From positions 64,001 through 128,000 of the IMG/VR virus record IMGVR_UViG_3300027848_000009: DNA of 64,000 bases. One strand, written 5' to 3'. This stretch comes from a virus. The notes beneath the pieces are model-generated. The model had not been told where the DNA came from. It saw only the letters and a program-made list of their open reading frames with translations, and made no database searches. This document shows positions 28,518 through 38,676 of the stretch, in pieces (the stretch's first letter is position 1; each line of letters starts with the position of its first letter). Both the position numbers and the translations under genes were made by a program.

Positions 28518-29993
28518 ATGCCGGGAGTCGTAATCAGCACAGCAGTCCGCACGGGTCCCGCCGGGAACACCGTTCGGGAAACATCGCAGGCCTTCTTCGT
28601 CGGCTTGTCCGATCGTGGATCCTCGACGCGGGCGGTGAAAGTAACCAGCACCGAGGAATTTCAGAACGTCTATGGCGGATATGTCAGTTATGCATATCTC
28701 CATGACACTGTTCAGACTTTCTTCGAAGAGGGCGGAACACAGTGCTACATCGGTCGCGCTGTCGGCCCTGGTGCCACTACCGGCTTCCTGACGCTCGAAG
28801 ACGACGCGCAGACAGATTCCCTCACCATCACCGCAAATGGTGCTGGTGCATGGAGCGCCAATGTCAGGGTGGCCGTCATCGCTGGCCTCGCCGCTGGATC
28901 CCGTCAGCTTCAGTTGACCTACGCCAACGTCATCATCTTCAACACTGGCGATATTCTCACCGTTGCGGAAATGGCCGGAAAGATCAACCGAGACACGACC
29001 GCGTCCCACTACATCACAGCAGAAGTCGTCGGTGCAAACCTTCCCGCAATTCTCACGGCCACGGCGATTTCGACCGGCGATGATGATCGCGCGAATGTGA
29101 CACACGCCGAGTACAACAGCGCGCTCACGCTTTTCCTTGACTCATACGGCGCTGGCGTTGTAGCCAACCCTGAGAGCACGGTCGATCAGGTCAAGGCCGG
29201 ATTGATTACGCACGCGAATTCATACAACCGAATCTGCTACATCCACCTCCCGGCCGGAACGCCGGTCGCGGACGACGGGGCAGACAATGTCGCAGATGTG
29301 GCGCGTTCGCTGACGGCTTCGACGGAAAACGCCGAGCATGCTCAGCTGATTTTCCCTTGGGTATACAAGCCGACAGACATCGCTGGCGTCAACCGTATGA
29401 TCCCGCCGGTCGGCTATGCCGCCGGTTGTCGGTCACGGGCACACAACCAGATTGGTGCCCAGCAGGCCGGTGCAGGAATCATTTCAAGCGCCCGCTACAT
29501 CAACGGACTTGAGTATGACCTCGACAAGGCGAATGGCGATCGACTCGATAGCGCAAACGTTGTCGCTATCCGCCGAATCAACAATGCGATTCGCATCTAC
29601 GGGGCTCGCACACTGTCTTCCGACACGTCGAACTTCCGGTACATCACCGGACAAGACTTGGTCAACCATGTGGTCGTTGAGGCCAACCGTTCGCTTGAGG
29701 ATCTCCTGTTCAGTGTGATCGACGGGCGGAACAACATTTTTGCCAGCGTCGAAGCCAAGATGATCGCAATTCTTGAGCCTCTTCGTCTCGCTGGAGCACT
29801 GTATGAGGCGTTCGACCTCTACGGGAAGCGGATCGACTACGGATACACCGTCAAGTGTGACAAATCCCTGAACCCAGTCACCCAGTTGGCTGATGGTCTC
29901 GTTAAAGCTAAGGTCGGAATCCGCGTGTCAAGCGTCGGAGACAAGATCGAGGTCGACATCGTCAAGAGCAACTTGACGGCGTCGGTCGTCTAA
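28518..29993 (+). CDS. Contractile tail sheath protein
   Basis: MPGVVIS, FFEEGG..CYIGR, IPPVGYAAG, IRIYGARTLS. Confidence 0.95.
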   Translation: MPGVVISTAVRTGPAGNTVRETSQAFFVGLSDRGSSTRAVKVTSTEEFQNVYGGYVSYAYLHDTVQTFFEEGGTQCYIGRAVGPGATTGFLTLEDDAQTDSLTITANGAGAWSANVRVAVIAGLAAGSRQLQLTYANVIIFNTGDILTVAEMAGKINRDTTASHYITAEVVGANLPAILTATAISTGDDDRANVTHAEYNSALTLFLDSYGAGVVANPESTVDQVKAGLITHANSYNRICYIHLPAGTPVADDGADNVADVARSLTASTENAEHAQLIFPWVYKPTDIAGVNRMIPPVGYAAGCRSRAHNQIGAQQAGAGIISSARYINGLEYDLDKANGDRLDSANVVAIRRINNAIRIYGARTLSSDTSNFRYITGQDLVNHVVVEANRSLEDLLFSVIDGRNNIFASVEAKMIAILEPLRLAGALYEAFDLYGKRIDYGYTVKCDKSLNPVTQLADGLVKAKVGIRVSSVGDKIEVDIVKSNLTASVV

Positions 29994-30008
29994 TCGGAGG
30001 AATAACAA

Positions 30009-30473
30009 ATGTCTAAGACTTCACAGCGACAGATTCTCGCCGACATCGCGCCGGTGGACAGCAATCATCCCAAGTGGGAGGGCTTCCGCTTCGCTCAAGT
30101 TTCGGGTGGAGAGATCACCGCTTCAGTTGAGAAGATCTATGAGGGGGGTGCGAAGTTCCCATCCGTGCTTTGCGCGCCTTTCGAGATTGGTGACATCACG
30201 CTGACGGCTCACTTCGACGACGATTACACTGAGAGCGACGGAGCCAGCGGAATTGCCAGAAAGTTGGCTTCGCTCCGCCCTCTCGTTGGTCAGGCGTACT
30301 ACAACGTCAACATCAAGACGTACGACTGCGACATCGAGGTGCTTGGCACCGACCGGGTGTACACCAGCGCCCTGCTTGTTGGGCTCACCGAGCCAGAAGG
30401 TGACTCGTCCTCTGGGGCGCCAGCGACATTCGCGCTGACGTTTGCAATCCAGAGCGTCAACTCCACCACCTGA
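30009..30473 (+). CDS. Tail tube protein
   Basis: 154 aa after sheath; FAQVSGGE, GDITLT, DSSSG..ATFALTF. Confidence 0.85.
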   Translation: MSKTSQRQILADIAPVDSNHPKWEGFRFAQVSGGEITASVEKIYEGGAKFPSVLCAPFEIGDITLTAHFDDDYTESDGASGIARKLASLRPLVGQAYYNVNIKTYDCDIEVLGTDRVYTSALLVGLTEPEGDSSSGAPATFALTFAIQSVNSTT

Positions 30474-30505
30474 TTTATCCGCGTCTGGCTTCGGCCTAGC
30501 ACTTT

Positions 30506-30547
30506 AGAGACCCTTTTCCTTCGCTGGAGAGGGGTCTCTTTATTTTA
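30506..30547 (+). terminator. Rho-independent terminator after tail tube
   Basis: AGAGACCCTTTTCC-ttcgct-GGAGAGGGGTCTCT stem (with G-U pairs) followed by T-rich run. Confidence 0.8.
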
Positions 30548-30592
30548 TGAGGAGTTCCGTTCGGGGTAACTCCGATGTGCTAATTTTTCAGC

Positions 30593-31111
30593 ATGACCGA
30601 AAGCCTTTACATCGAAGAAAATGAGCCCTCCGCTGAGCCCGCAAAGGCCTCAAAAGCGAAGGCTTCCATCGTTTCCCCTCTCTCCCGTTTGAAGGAAACC
30701 ATTTCAAAGAAGGTGGAGCGATCAGTGATCCACCTTGAGGTGCCGGACCGCAAGGGGGTTTACCTCATTATCAGCCCCAACGTAGCGCAGAATCAGATGA
30801 AGAGCTGGCGGCGCAACGCTGGCGAAGATTCCAAAAAGGGCATGGATCCAACGAAGTTTGCCGCTTACGTCGTTGGCCATACGACCACCGGAATCATTAT
30901 GGATGGCGAGGAAGTGTTTGATGCGGACGGCAATTCTCTGAACTTTGCATCCAAAGACGTTTTGGAGTCGACGGACACAACGAGGCCTGTACCTGACGCC
31001 GTTTTGGCATTTTTCAATCTTGACCCACACGTCGAGCAGGGTGCTCTAGCGATTCTGGAGGCAGCTGGCTACGGTGACACCGTTGAAGCGGTGGACCCTA
31101 CGAAGGACTGA
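30593..31111 (+). CDS. Tail assembly chaperone (G-like)
   Basis: Between tube and tape measure; ends VDPTKD. Confidence 0.8.
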   Translation: MTESLYIEENEPSAEPAKASKAKASIVSPLSRLKETISKKVERSVIHLEVPDRKGVYLIISPNVAQNQMKSWRRNAGEDSKKGMDPTKFAAYVVGHTTTGIIMDGEEVFDADGNSLNFASKDVLESTDTTRPVPDAVLAFFNLDPHVEQGALAILEAAGYGDTVEAVDPTKD

Positions 31112-31296
31112 TTGACGATTTAGCCGATGATGGCTACGTAATCAGTGCTGCGCGACTAGCGGAATTGTGGGGAACTAGCCCTATCGACTTGTTATCTGTA
31201 GATGATGACGAATGGTTGGTACTTATGGCATGTGCTAAAGTGGTAGAGCGCGATCGTGAAGAATCGGAGCGTAAGCGCAAGCATAATAATCGCTAA
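31096..31296 (+). CDS. Tail assembly chaperone C-terminal (T-like) segment, -1 frame
   Basis: Open -1 frame from GAC-CCT-ACG: PYEGLIDDLADDGYVISAARLAELWGTSPIDLL...KHNNR; no early ATG. Confidence 0.7.
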   Translation, partial: PYEGLIDDLADDGYVISAARLAELWGTSPIDLLSVDDDEWLVLMACAKVVERDREESERKRKHNNR

Positions 31297-31313
31297 CCTG
31301 AGGGTTGAGACCT

Positions 31314-34300
31314 ATGGCTGATGCAAGTCTAGTAATCAAGATTAGTGCGACTGGTGAACGCAACCTCAAGTCGATCCGTAGAGACCTTGACAGGATTAGC
31401 GCCTCCGCTGTAACTACTTCTGCAGCCCTGCAGGCTTTCGCCCGGAGTTACAACGACGCTTGGGACAAACACCTCAAGAACGTCGAAAAGAACTTCACAC
31501 GGCACTTCGACGACCTCGATCGGATGGTCTCAATGGCCGGTGGCACGCTGCTGAAAGGGCTCGGCTTGGCGCTCAAGGCAACCGCTGCCGAGTTTGTCCT
31601 AATGGGCGCATCAATGCTTGGTGTTCACGCACTGTTTGCTACCGGCAACTGGTTGATGAAGGGTTACCGGGGGGCAATGGCCCTGTTGGCTGGAGCGGCA
31701 GCGTCGACTGCCGTGGCTCTTGCTTCTGTGGCGGCCGCAATCCGCGAACAGAGCGCCGCAATGTACGCTTACAAGGCGACCGGATACAAGCAGTTTGGAG
31801 ACAACCTGAATCGCGTCCGTGTAGTTATGCGCGGTCTAGAAACAGATACCCGTTTCGCTTCCGTTGGGGTGGAGAACTTAAACGCAGCGTACGCAGCAGT
31901 CTCCCAGAGGTCGACGTTCACGGCAGGTTCTCAGGGCCTACTGAGTGGTCTTATGGACTTTGCTTCAGCAGGTCAGCCATTAGAGCAAGGGGTCAAGGCC
32001 GCTGGCCAATTGATCGGCATTCTCCAAGATCCAAAAGCATCGTTTAGCGAGATAACCAAATCCGCTGAAGCGCTTGGTCCAGCCATGCAGAAGGCGATGA
32101 AGGAAGCTGAGAAGCAAGGCATCAACACCGCAACTGAACTGAAGAAAGCAATCAACGACGGCACGCTCGTTTCGATGGGTGGCGTTGAAGGCCAGTTCGA
32201 TGCAGTAAACGGAACTCTCGTGAGCATCATGAAGGGCGGCTTCAACCAAATTCGCTCAATGTTTGCTGATATGGGTCAACCTTTCCTCAAGCCGTTGAAG
32301 GAGGCTGCTGACGAGATCCTTGTCATCTTCAAGCGCACGTTCATGCGGCTACGGGGTGACCTTGGCAAGTTCGGCACGGGATCGTTTATCACCTCGCTTG
32401 TGAGTATGTCCGAGAAACTCGAAAATGTGTTCGTGAAGTTGATCCGTGATTACTTGCCTCAGGTTATCGGAATGTTCGGCAGGTGGTCCGATAAGTGGGA
32501 TTCTTTCACAAATGGATGGAACAGGCTTCTCGACGGGATGCGGCCACTTATAGATGGGGCGAAAGTTCTTGAAGGTGTTCTAAAGAACATCTTCGGTCCT
32601 GTCTGGACCCAAATTAAAGAAAAGTTTGGCTCTTTCAACGACCAGCTTAAGGAGAACGAACCTCAACTTTTATCATTCGGTACTGCTCTGGGTGACATGC
32701 TTGTCTCCTTTAGCAAAGTGACCGACAAGATGCGCGAGCTTTTCTTCACGGCGCTTCCATTCATCACCAAAATGCTTGAAGGCGTCAAGCAGATCACGGA
32801 TCTCCTCGGCACGATGCTCGGTTCTATGGGGAAAATTTTTGGTGGTAAGGGTGACGGTTTTGGTGCTTTTGGAATGTTGATGGGCCTCGGCCTTATCGGC
32901 CGTTCAATGAAAAACACTAAAGGCGGATTTGTTCAGAAATCGATGGTTTCGAGCATGAACGTTCAAGCAAATCAAGTTACCGTCACGGGCGCAACTGCAG
33001 GTGGGCAAATGTATCCGGGTGCAGCAACATCTCAGCAAGCGTTTAATACACCCTATGGTCCGGGTCGCACTGTTGGCGGGCTGGGTGGTGGTGCTGGATC
33101 TGGATTTTTGTCCGCAAGAAATGGTCCGACATCTAATTATTACCCACCCGGATCTTTAGGTGGACCTATTAGTCACCGCGCTGGAGTGGCTCAGGGTATG
33201 TCCTCGGGGCAAGTTGCTGCCTATAACAAAGGTACCCGTGCGGCAGCGGCGGCACAGGCTCCGATGACCTCTTCCGGCATGACGGGTTTGCCAAGCCGAT
33301 TGCAACAGTTCAGTGGCTCTAGAGGCCCCCGGGCCATGCGCAACAACTCTAAAATGTACGGCAATTTTAGTAAATACAATAACTCTGCAAGTGGAAAAAT
33401 GGGAACGATGGTTGGTCTCGGCCTGCTCAGTTCCGTAATGCCGGAAGAGACACAAGGCGCAATGTCCTTAGGGGCCAGTCTTGCAGTGATCAATCCTGCC
33501 CTCGGTCTTGGCGTTGCAGGCATCGGTACCGCCATGACTTCAAAGAATGCAGCTGTCGGCGTCGGCGGCGGTGTTGTTGGTGGAGCAGCATTGGGGATGA
33601 TGGTCGCTGGCCCTGTGGGTGCTGCTGTTGGTGGAATTCTTGGTGGAGTACTCGGCGGGATTAAGGCCAACAGCAACAAGCACAATGCTATGAGGGAAGA
33701 GGCTCGCGAACAGGGTCGTAGCGCAAGTAAGCAAATTCTTGAAGGGCTGATGACGGGTATAAGCGATGCGTCTAAAAACGACGACATCAAAGCGTTCACA
33801 TCGGAAAATTTGGGCGAGACGCTCGGTTTGAATCTGCTGGATGATGCGGTGAAGGATTCGTTCGACTTCCAGAAGCAGAATGGTTTGAGATCGCATGAGC
33901 AGCGTCAGGCTCTTGTTGAAAAACTTTACGCGCAACGCGACGTTCTCGGATTCGAGATGTCTGAAGAAGAAAAGAAAAAAGCACTTGAGAAGCCAAACGA
34001 ATTTTTGGAAACGATCAATAAAGAGTTGGCTCCGACGTTTGAAGCGGCAACTGAAATCACCAACAAATTCGAGTCACGAATGGACTTGTTCACGTCTTCT
34101 CTTCGCATGACAGAAGAGGAAGTGATGAGGCTTGCTCAGACCACTGGCGTGAACCTTTACGATGCCGCACAAAATACCGGAGACATGATAAAGCAACTTG
34201 CTGACGGGCTGATTACTTCAAAAGAAAAGATGGATCAAGCGATGGCAGATATCGGCGCCAGAGGGATGTCGAAGCTATCTGTAGAGAAGAGGCGCCTTGA

Positions 34301-35429
34301 AGCCCCACATGTCATGGACGAAGCAGCCCAAAACATCTTGGATATGTCACGATCTGGAAACTTCGATACCGCTAATGCGGTTGGGCTGACGGAGGACATC
34401 TATGGAGGCCTAATTGACTTTTACGAAGGTGACACTACGAAGGCGATGCTCACTTTTCTGGATCAGTTTGCGGATGGTAAAGCGTTCGAAGAGGGGAACA
34501 CGCTGTCAGCCATGAAACCTGCAGACATAGCAACTTTTCTGGCGGCTATTCAACCTGCATTGGACGAGATGCAAAGCGGTAGGGATAAAATAGGTTTCGA
34601 TCTGTTCTCTGGCATTTTTGCTGACTCTGGACTTTCTGTCGTACTCAAAGACCCTGAATACTTTTCTAAACTGACTGACAAGCAACTTATCGCATTTGGC
34701 GATAAATTTACAGCTGAAAACATTAAGGACAAGTCAGGCATCGAACTGAAAGATATGTTGGCAGAATTGTTCCCAGATATGCAAGCGAAGTTTGAAGTGG
34801 TGGAGGACATCATTGCGGGGGCGGCGCTAGATCTAGAAACAAAGTCCGCTGAGTTCGTGGCAGCATTGACCGGCATGATTACCGCACTGAGCAATGGTTT
34901 GAGCAATCTCAATATCCCGGATCCGCCAGCACCGGTTCCCGACACCGGCGTCGATCCCGATACGTCGACTCCTCGTGGGGACACGCTTTCATCGAGATAC
35001 TCGCGAACAATGTCAGCGCACAGTCAACTAGATTCGATGGCGTCGGGTAAACGATTTGTTACTTCCGGCTGGCGTAACTTCGATCTTGGCAGCCCAAGTT
35101 CAGACCACGTCAATGGCCGCGCATATGATTTGACCGGACAGAATCTTGGTGCGTACAAGTCCCTCGTTGACGCCAGCGGAGGGTTTGGGGAGTTCCATGG
35201 TTCCGCTGGAAGCCGCCATCTTCACGTTGTTCCTAATACGTCTGGTGGGGCGCCGATGGGCGATTCATCGTCACCTGCGACACTCGGTGGTGGCGGCGGC
35301 GGCGGGATGACCAACAATAATAACTACACGATAAATATTAACGGATCTGATCAGTCGCCGGAACAAATTGCTGAGGCTGTAATGCAACGGATAAAGAGCG
35401 ACGAGATGTCAATGAGTGAGCGTCGCTGA
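31314..35429 (+). CDS. Tape measure protein with C-terminal M15/LAS-like peptidase motif
   Basis: Long Ala/Gly-rich helical protein; C-terminal VTSGWR..SDHVNGRAYD..HLHV. Confidence 0.9.
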   Translation: MADASLVIKISATGERNLKSIRRDLDRISASAVTTSAALQAFARSYNDAWDKHLKNVEKNFTRHFDDLDRMVSMAGGTLLKGLGLALKATAAEFVLMGASMLGVHALFATGNWLMKGYRGAMALLAGAAASTAVALASVAAAIREQSAAMYAYKATGYKQFGDNLNRVRVVMRGLETDTRFASVGVENLNAAYAAVSQRSTFTAGSQGLLSGLMDFASAGQPLEQGVKAAGQLIGILQDPKASFSEITKSAEALGPAMQKAMKEAEKQGINTATELKKAINDGTLVSMGGVEGQFDAVNGTLVSIMKGGFNQIRSMFADMGQPFLKPLKEAADEILVIFKRTFMRLRGDLGKFGTGSFITSLVSMSEKLENVFVKLIRDYLPQVIGMFGRWSDKWDSFTNGWNRLLDGMRPLIDGAKVLEGVLKNIFGPVWTQIKEKFGSFNDQLKENEPQLLSFGTALGDMLVSFSKVTDKMRELFFTALPFITKMLEGVKQITDLLGTMLGSMGKIFGGKGDGFGAFGMLMGLGLIGRSMKNTKGGFVQKSMVSSMNVQANQVTVTGATAGGQMYPGAATSQQAFNTPYGPGRTVGGLGGGAGSGFLSARNGPTSNYYPPGSLGGPISHRAGVAQGMSSGQVAAYNKGTRAAAAAQAPMTSSGMTGLPSRLQQFSGSRGPRAMRNNSKMYGNFSKYNNSASGKMGTMVGLGLLSSVMPEETQGAMSLGASLAVINPALGLGVAGIGTAMTSKNAAVGVGGGVVGGAALGMMVAGPVGAAVGGILGGVLGGIKANSNKHNAMREEAREQGRSASKQILEGLMTGISDASKNDDIKAFTSENLGETLGLNLLDDAVKDSFDFQKQNGLRSHEQRQALVEKLYAQRDVLGFEMSEEEKKKALEKPNEFLETINKELAPTFEAATEITNKFESRMDLFTSSLRMTEEEVMRLAQTTGVNLYDAAQNTGDMIKQLADGLITSKEKMDQAMADIGARGMSKLSVEKRRLEAPHVMDEAAQNILDMSRSGNFDTANAVGLTEDIYGGLIDFYEGDTTKAMLTFLDQFADGKAFEEGNTLSAMKPADIATFLAAIQPALDEMQSGRDKIGFDLFSGIFADSGLSVVLKDPEYFSKLTDKQLIAFGDKFTAENIKDKSGIELKDMLAELFPDMQAKFEVVEDIIAGAALDLETKSAEFVAALTGMITALSNGLSNLNIPDPPAPVPDTGVDPDTSTPRGDTLSSRYSRTMSAHSQLDSMASGKRFVTSGWRNFDLGSPSSDHVNGRAYDLTGQNLGAYKSLVDASGGFGEFHGSAGSRHLHVVPNTSGGAPMGDSSSPATLGGGGGGGMTNNNNYTININGSDQSPEQIAEAVMQRIKSDEMSMSERR

Positions 35430-36877
35430 TGGCTGTTGGCGACTGGCCAAGTTTCAGCGGGGGCGCAGATATTTCTTTTGTCGACCGCACGCCGCCCGGA
35501 ACAATCGTCACAGCAGCGGGCGGCCCTGGGAGACGCTCTGGTGTCAAGTATATGGCGACCACCCGATTTGGACTCATCAAGATAAACGCCTTCAAGTATC
35601 AGATTGTTACAGCTTACGTCAGAGAGTCGCAGTCATTTAACGGAGCAAAAGAAAAACTTTATGACTGGCTCCCCCTTCGGGGAGGTTGTTACTTGACTGT
35701 TGCCCGACCTATCACTGGGATACATTATTATGGAACAAACTTTGGTACTGCTTCTCGTGATCGGAATTCTTATCATTTTTTAGATGGGTCAAAAAGTAGT
35801 GGCGGAGTAAGTTGCGTGAAAGAATCAGACGGGTCGTACTTATACGCCGTTAAAGCTCCGCAAGCAAAATGGATTTCGGGCACTTATTACTACCGTCAGA
35901 ATGTAGGTGTGTACATGCCCCTTTTTTCTTTTGCTACCAAAGAAGGCTCGGAGGCAAGCGGTTGGGCGTTTACGAACAGGCCGCAGGGGGGCACCCCCAA
36001 CGCAGTTGCTCCGTTGGGTCCCAATGTCGGCCCCTTGCTGCCGTTTATGCCAGCCCCACAAACAAAACTACCGTCAAGTGGCGGAGGCGGAGGCGGAGGC
36101 GGTGGAGGAGGCGGTGGAGGAGGCGGTGGCGGACAGCCATCTGCAAACGTCGCCCCAACCCCAGCAGAAACCAAAGTTGTTGTTCGCGTCCCATACGGAT
36201 ACACCAAACCACCAACCAAAGGAATCGAGAACCGTCCTCGAATCGTCCAAAACTACGTCGAATACATCAAAGACTCTTCCACCAAACTCGGATACAAACA
36301 GATCACCGGTCAAGAAACGTTCCACTTCCCGTACGTCCCCAACAACATCTCATATTCCGGTCTAGGTTCAGAGTGGACCAATATTGATAGGCAAGGAAAT
36401 TATCCCCTTGTCGAATGGTCGAAGTGGCAATTGATGAGGGTCGAGATGGAATTCTTGTTGGCCGAAGACCGTGCTGTCGGTGGGGGAATTTTAGTTCCTG
36501 ACGGCATTTTTGTTAGCGTTAAGAACCGGATCAATACCCTGCGGAAGATGGCTCAAAGGCAGGCACCAGTTTCTGTTTTCAATCTCGATGATCTTTTCCG
36601 GATTCAGGTGCGACGTGCGGCAGCAACCAGAAAGCCGATGCAGTTTGTGATTGCGGACATTAACGTCTCTTCAAGTAGAAGGTCGATGGACTCGAACGAG
36701 AAGGAGATTACAGCAGCGACAGTCAAACTGACGTTGCAGGAAATCTTGATCGAGAATGTCACTATCGTAAAAATGTCACCTCCGCAGTTTTCGGAACCAA
36801 TTTTGGCGAATCGGAGAGGGTCGGATACGACTTCTAGCGATGGTTTCAATGATCCCCTGTTCCATTGGGGCTTCTGA
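35429..36877 (+). CDS. Tail tube initiator/baseplate-associated protein with poly-Gly linker
   Basis: Follows tape measure; C-terminal FPYVPNNISY..IDRQG.YPLV..ATVKLTLQE. Confidence 0.6.
   Translation: MAVGDWPSFSGGADISFVDRTPPGTIVTAAGGPGRRSGVKYMATTRFGLIKINAFKYQIVTAYVRESQSFNGAKEKLYDWLPLRGGCYLTVARPITGIHYYGTNFGTASRDRNSYHFLDGSKSSGGVSCVKESDGSYLYAVKAPQAKWISGTYYYRQNVGVYMPLFSFATKEGSEASGWAFTNRPQGGTPNAVAPLGPNVGPLLPFMPAPQTKLPSSGGGGGGGGGGGGGGGGGGQPSANVAPTPAETKVVVRVPYGYTKPPTKGIENRPRIVQNYVEYIKDSSTKLGYKQITGQETFHFPYVPNNISYSGLGSEWTNIDRQGNYPLVEWSKWQLMRVEMEFLLAEDRAVGGGILVPDGIFVSVKNRINTLRKMAQRQAPVSVFNLDDLFRIQVRRAAATRKPMQFVIADINVSSSRRSMDSNEKEITAATVKLTLQEILIENVTIVKMSPPQFSEPILANRRGSDTTSSDGFNDPLFHWGF
36079..36133 (+). 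repeat. GGN trinucleotide tract encoding a poly-Gly linker
   Basis: ggcggaggcggaggcggaggcggtggagga... Confidence 0.85.
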
Positions 36878-37929
36878 TGGCTGCCGAAACAAATTCGGCT
36901 CCGCTCAACGAGCGCAGGAAATACATTGTTTTTGATGATCCATCACTACTCGGTGCCGAAACAGACATAACAAATAGTTTAATATCTGCAAAATTTAGTT
37001 CAGGAATTGATCTTGCCACACAGCTAACTTTAGAAATAGTTGACCCAAATTTTAGTTTTGCAAGATCAAATTACTTCTCCATAACGAGAGATGTTTACTT
37101 TAAAAGCAACTCTCTCGGATCAATCAACGAGTCATTGAAAGTATCAGGACAAATTGCGTTAGAACGACTCAAATATCACCATCTTGAGGTGTCTGCAGTT
37201 ACCTGCAGTGGAGGACCGGGAACTTCTCCAATTTGGACAATAGAATGCAGAACTAAAGCGATCCAACAGATGAGACGGGATCGCAACCCCGGAGCAATTG
37301 AGGGCGCCTCTCAGAACTATGTGATCACGGCTGGCCGAAAGTACGGAATGAACACAGTTGCCGAAACGACGTCGAAATCGAAGAATATCAACAAGGCATC
37401 AAACGACAGGCGCTCCGACTCCGCATGGGATGTCGTCAAGAGCCTCGCTAGTGAGGCCAAATTTATAACGTTCGAATCGGATGGGATTCTATTTTTTGCT
37501 TCACAAAAATGGATGCTTGGCCTATGGGGTTCAACTCGGACCAATTTTGATGCGGATTTGATTACACGTTACGGCGGACTTCTCCGAAATGGGTACAACG
37601 TCATTCCTGTTCGCTACCCCTCAAAAGAATCCGACATTATTAGGGTTCATCAAATGCCTCAGATGAGAAGATCCGATAACAATCCGCTGCTTGTTGAGGG
37701 TTCAATGGTGGTTGACTCTATTGCCGGGTCGATTCTCAGGCCGGGAATGACCATTCAACTCACCAACTACCCAACATTTGAGGGCCTGTACCTAATAAGT
37801 CAGGTTGACTACAATGTTCTTACCAACGATCCAGCGACAATCACTTTCCGCTCACCAGAACGCGAAGATAAAGACATCATAGACTACGTAGTCGGCGCAA
37901 CGAGTCCTTCGACGGCCTACTCAAACTGA
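36877..37929 (+). CDS. Baseplate hub protein (gpD/gp27-like)
   Basis: LTLEIVD, SAWDVVKSLASE..FESDGILFF, LRPGMTIQL..FEGLYLISQV. Confidence 0.75.
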   Translation: MAAETNSAPLNERRKYIVFDDPSLLGAETDITNSLISAKFSSGIDLATQLTLEIVDPNFSFARSNYFSITRDVYFKSNSLGSINESLKVSGQIALERLKYHHLEVSAVTCSGGPGTSPIWTIECRTKAIQQMRRDRNPGAIEGASQNYVITAGRKYGMNTVAETTSKSKNINKASNDRRSDSAWDVVKSLASEAKFITFESDGILFFASQKWMLGLWGSTRTNFDADLITRYGGLLRNGYNVIPVRYPSKESDIIRVHQMPQMRRSDNNPLLVEGSMVVDSIAGSILRPGMTIQLTNYPTFEGLYLISQVDYNVLTNDPATITFRSPEREDKDIIDYVVGATSPSTAYSN

Positions 37930-37943
37930 GAGGATGAGTACTG

Positions 37944-38324
37944 ATGGCTGGACAATCATATTCTACTGTCGTTGGCGGTTCGTCGAATCCTGAACCGGGC
38001 GGACTACTCTATTTCGCCACAGTTCATTCGATTTCCAACGGAAAACTTCGAGTAAATGTGCCAATGCTTGGTTTCATTAGCAGTCCGTGCGATCACCTAA
38101 ATTCCTATGGGAACGACAGGTATGCAGTCGGCGATCGGGTCGTTGTCGGTTTTCTTGAAGGCGGAAAACAGTATCTGGTGCTGTTCGGTCGCGTGAACCA
38201 CACTCGGACCGCTTTCCCCACATACGGACAGTACTTGGCACTTGCCGGTCGAGTTTCTGCACTCGAATCTACCGTAGCAACACTACAAGCTGCCGTCACG
38301 GCACTCCAAGGACACACCCATTAA
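37944..38324 (+). CDS. Baseplate spike-like protein (OB-fold, coiled coil, terminal HxH)
   Basis: LRVNVP, VGDRVVVGFLEG..LVLFGR, ends GHTH. Confidence 0.7.
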   Translation: MAGQSYSTVVGGSSNPEPGGLLYFATVHSISNGKLRVNVPMLGFISSPCDHLNSYGNDRYAVGDRVVVGFLEGGKQYLVLFGRVNHTRTAFPTYGQYLALAGRVSALESTVATLQAAVTALQGHTH

Positions 38325-38374
38325 TAAGAGCACATGCTAACGTCGTGTAAACTGGAGTTTGTAAGGAGATCAAC

Positions 38375-38671
38375 ATGGACGCAATCAAATTTCCGCTAAA
38401 ATTCAGCAAGGCCGGTATCGACCGCTTAACAGACGGAACAACCGACTACTACAAGCAACTACTCGCTCTTTCCATAATCACCGAACCCCACTCACTCCCA
38501 ATCACACCAGATTTTGGGATTTGGGACCCAACATTCAACACCGTGGAAAAAGGTCAATTTGTCCTGCACGCGGCAAGATTTGTGCCGGAGGTCGAGATCG
38601 GTGAGATCGACTCCAGCGTTGACGACAGCGGACAGAACATCGTATCTTTCTCATTCACGGTTAGGGGCTAA
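38375..38671 (+). CDS. Baseplate wedge gp25/gpW-like
   Basis: IKFPLKF, TEPHSLPITPDFG, FVPEVEI. Confidence 0.8.
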   Translation: MDAIKFPLKFSKAGIDRLTDGTTDYYKQLLALSIITEPHSLPITPDFGIWDPTFNTVEKGQFVLHAARFVPEVEIGEIDSSVDDSGQNIVSFSFTVRG

Positions 38672-38676
38672 TCGCC

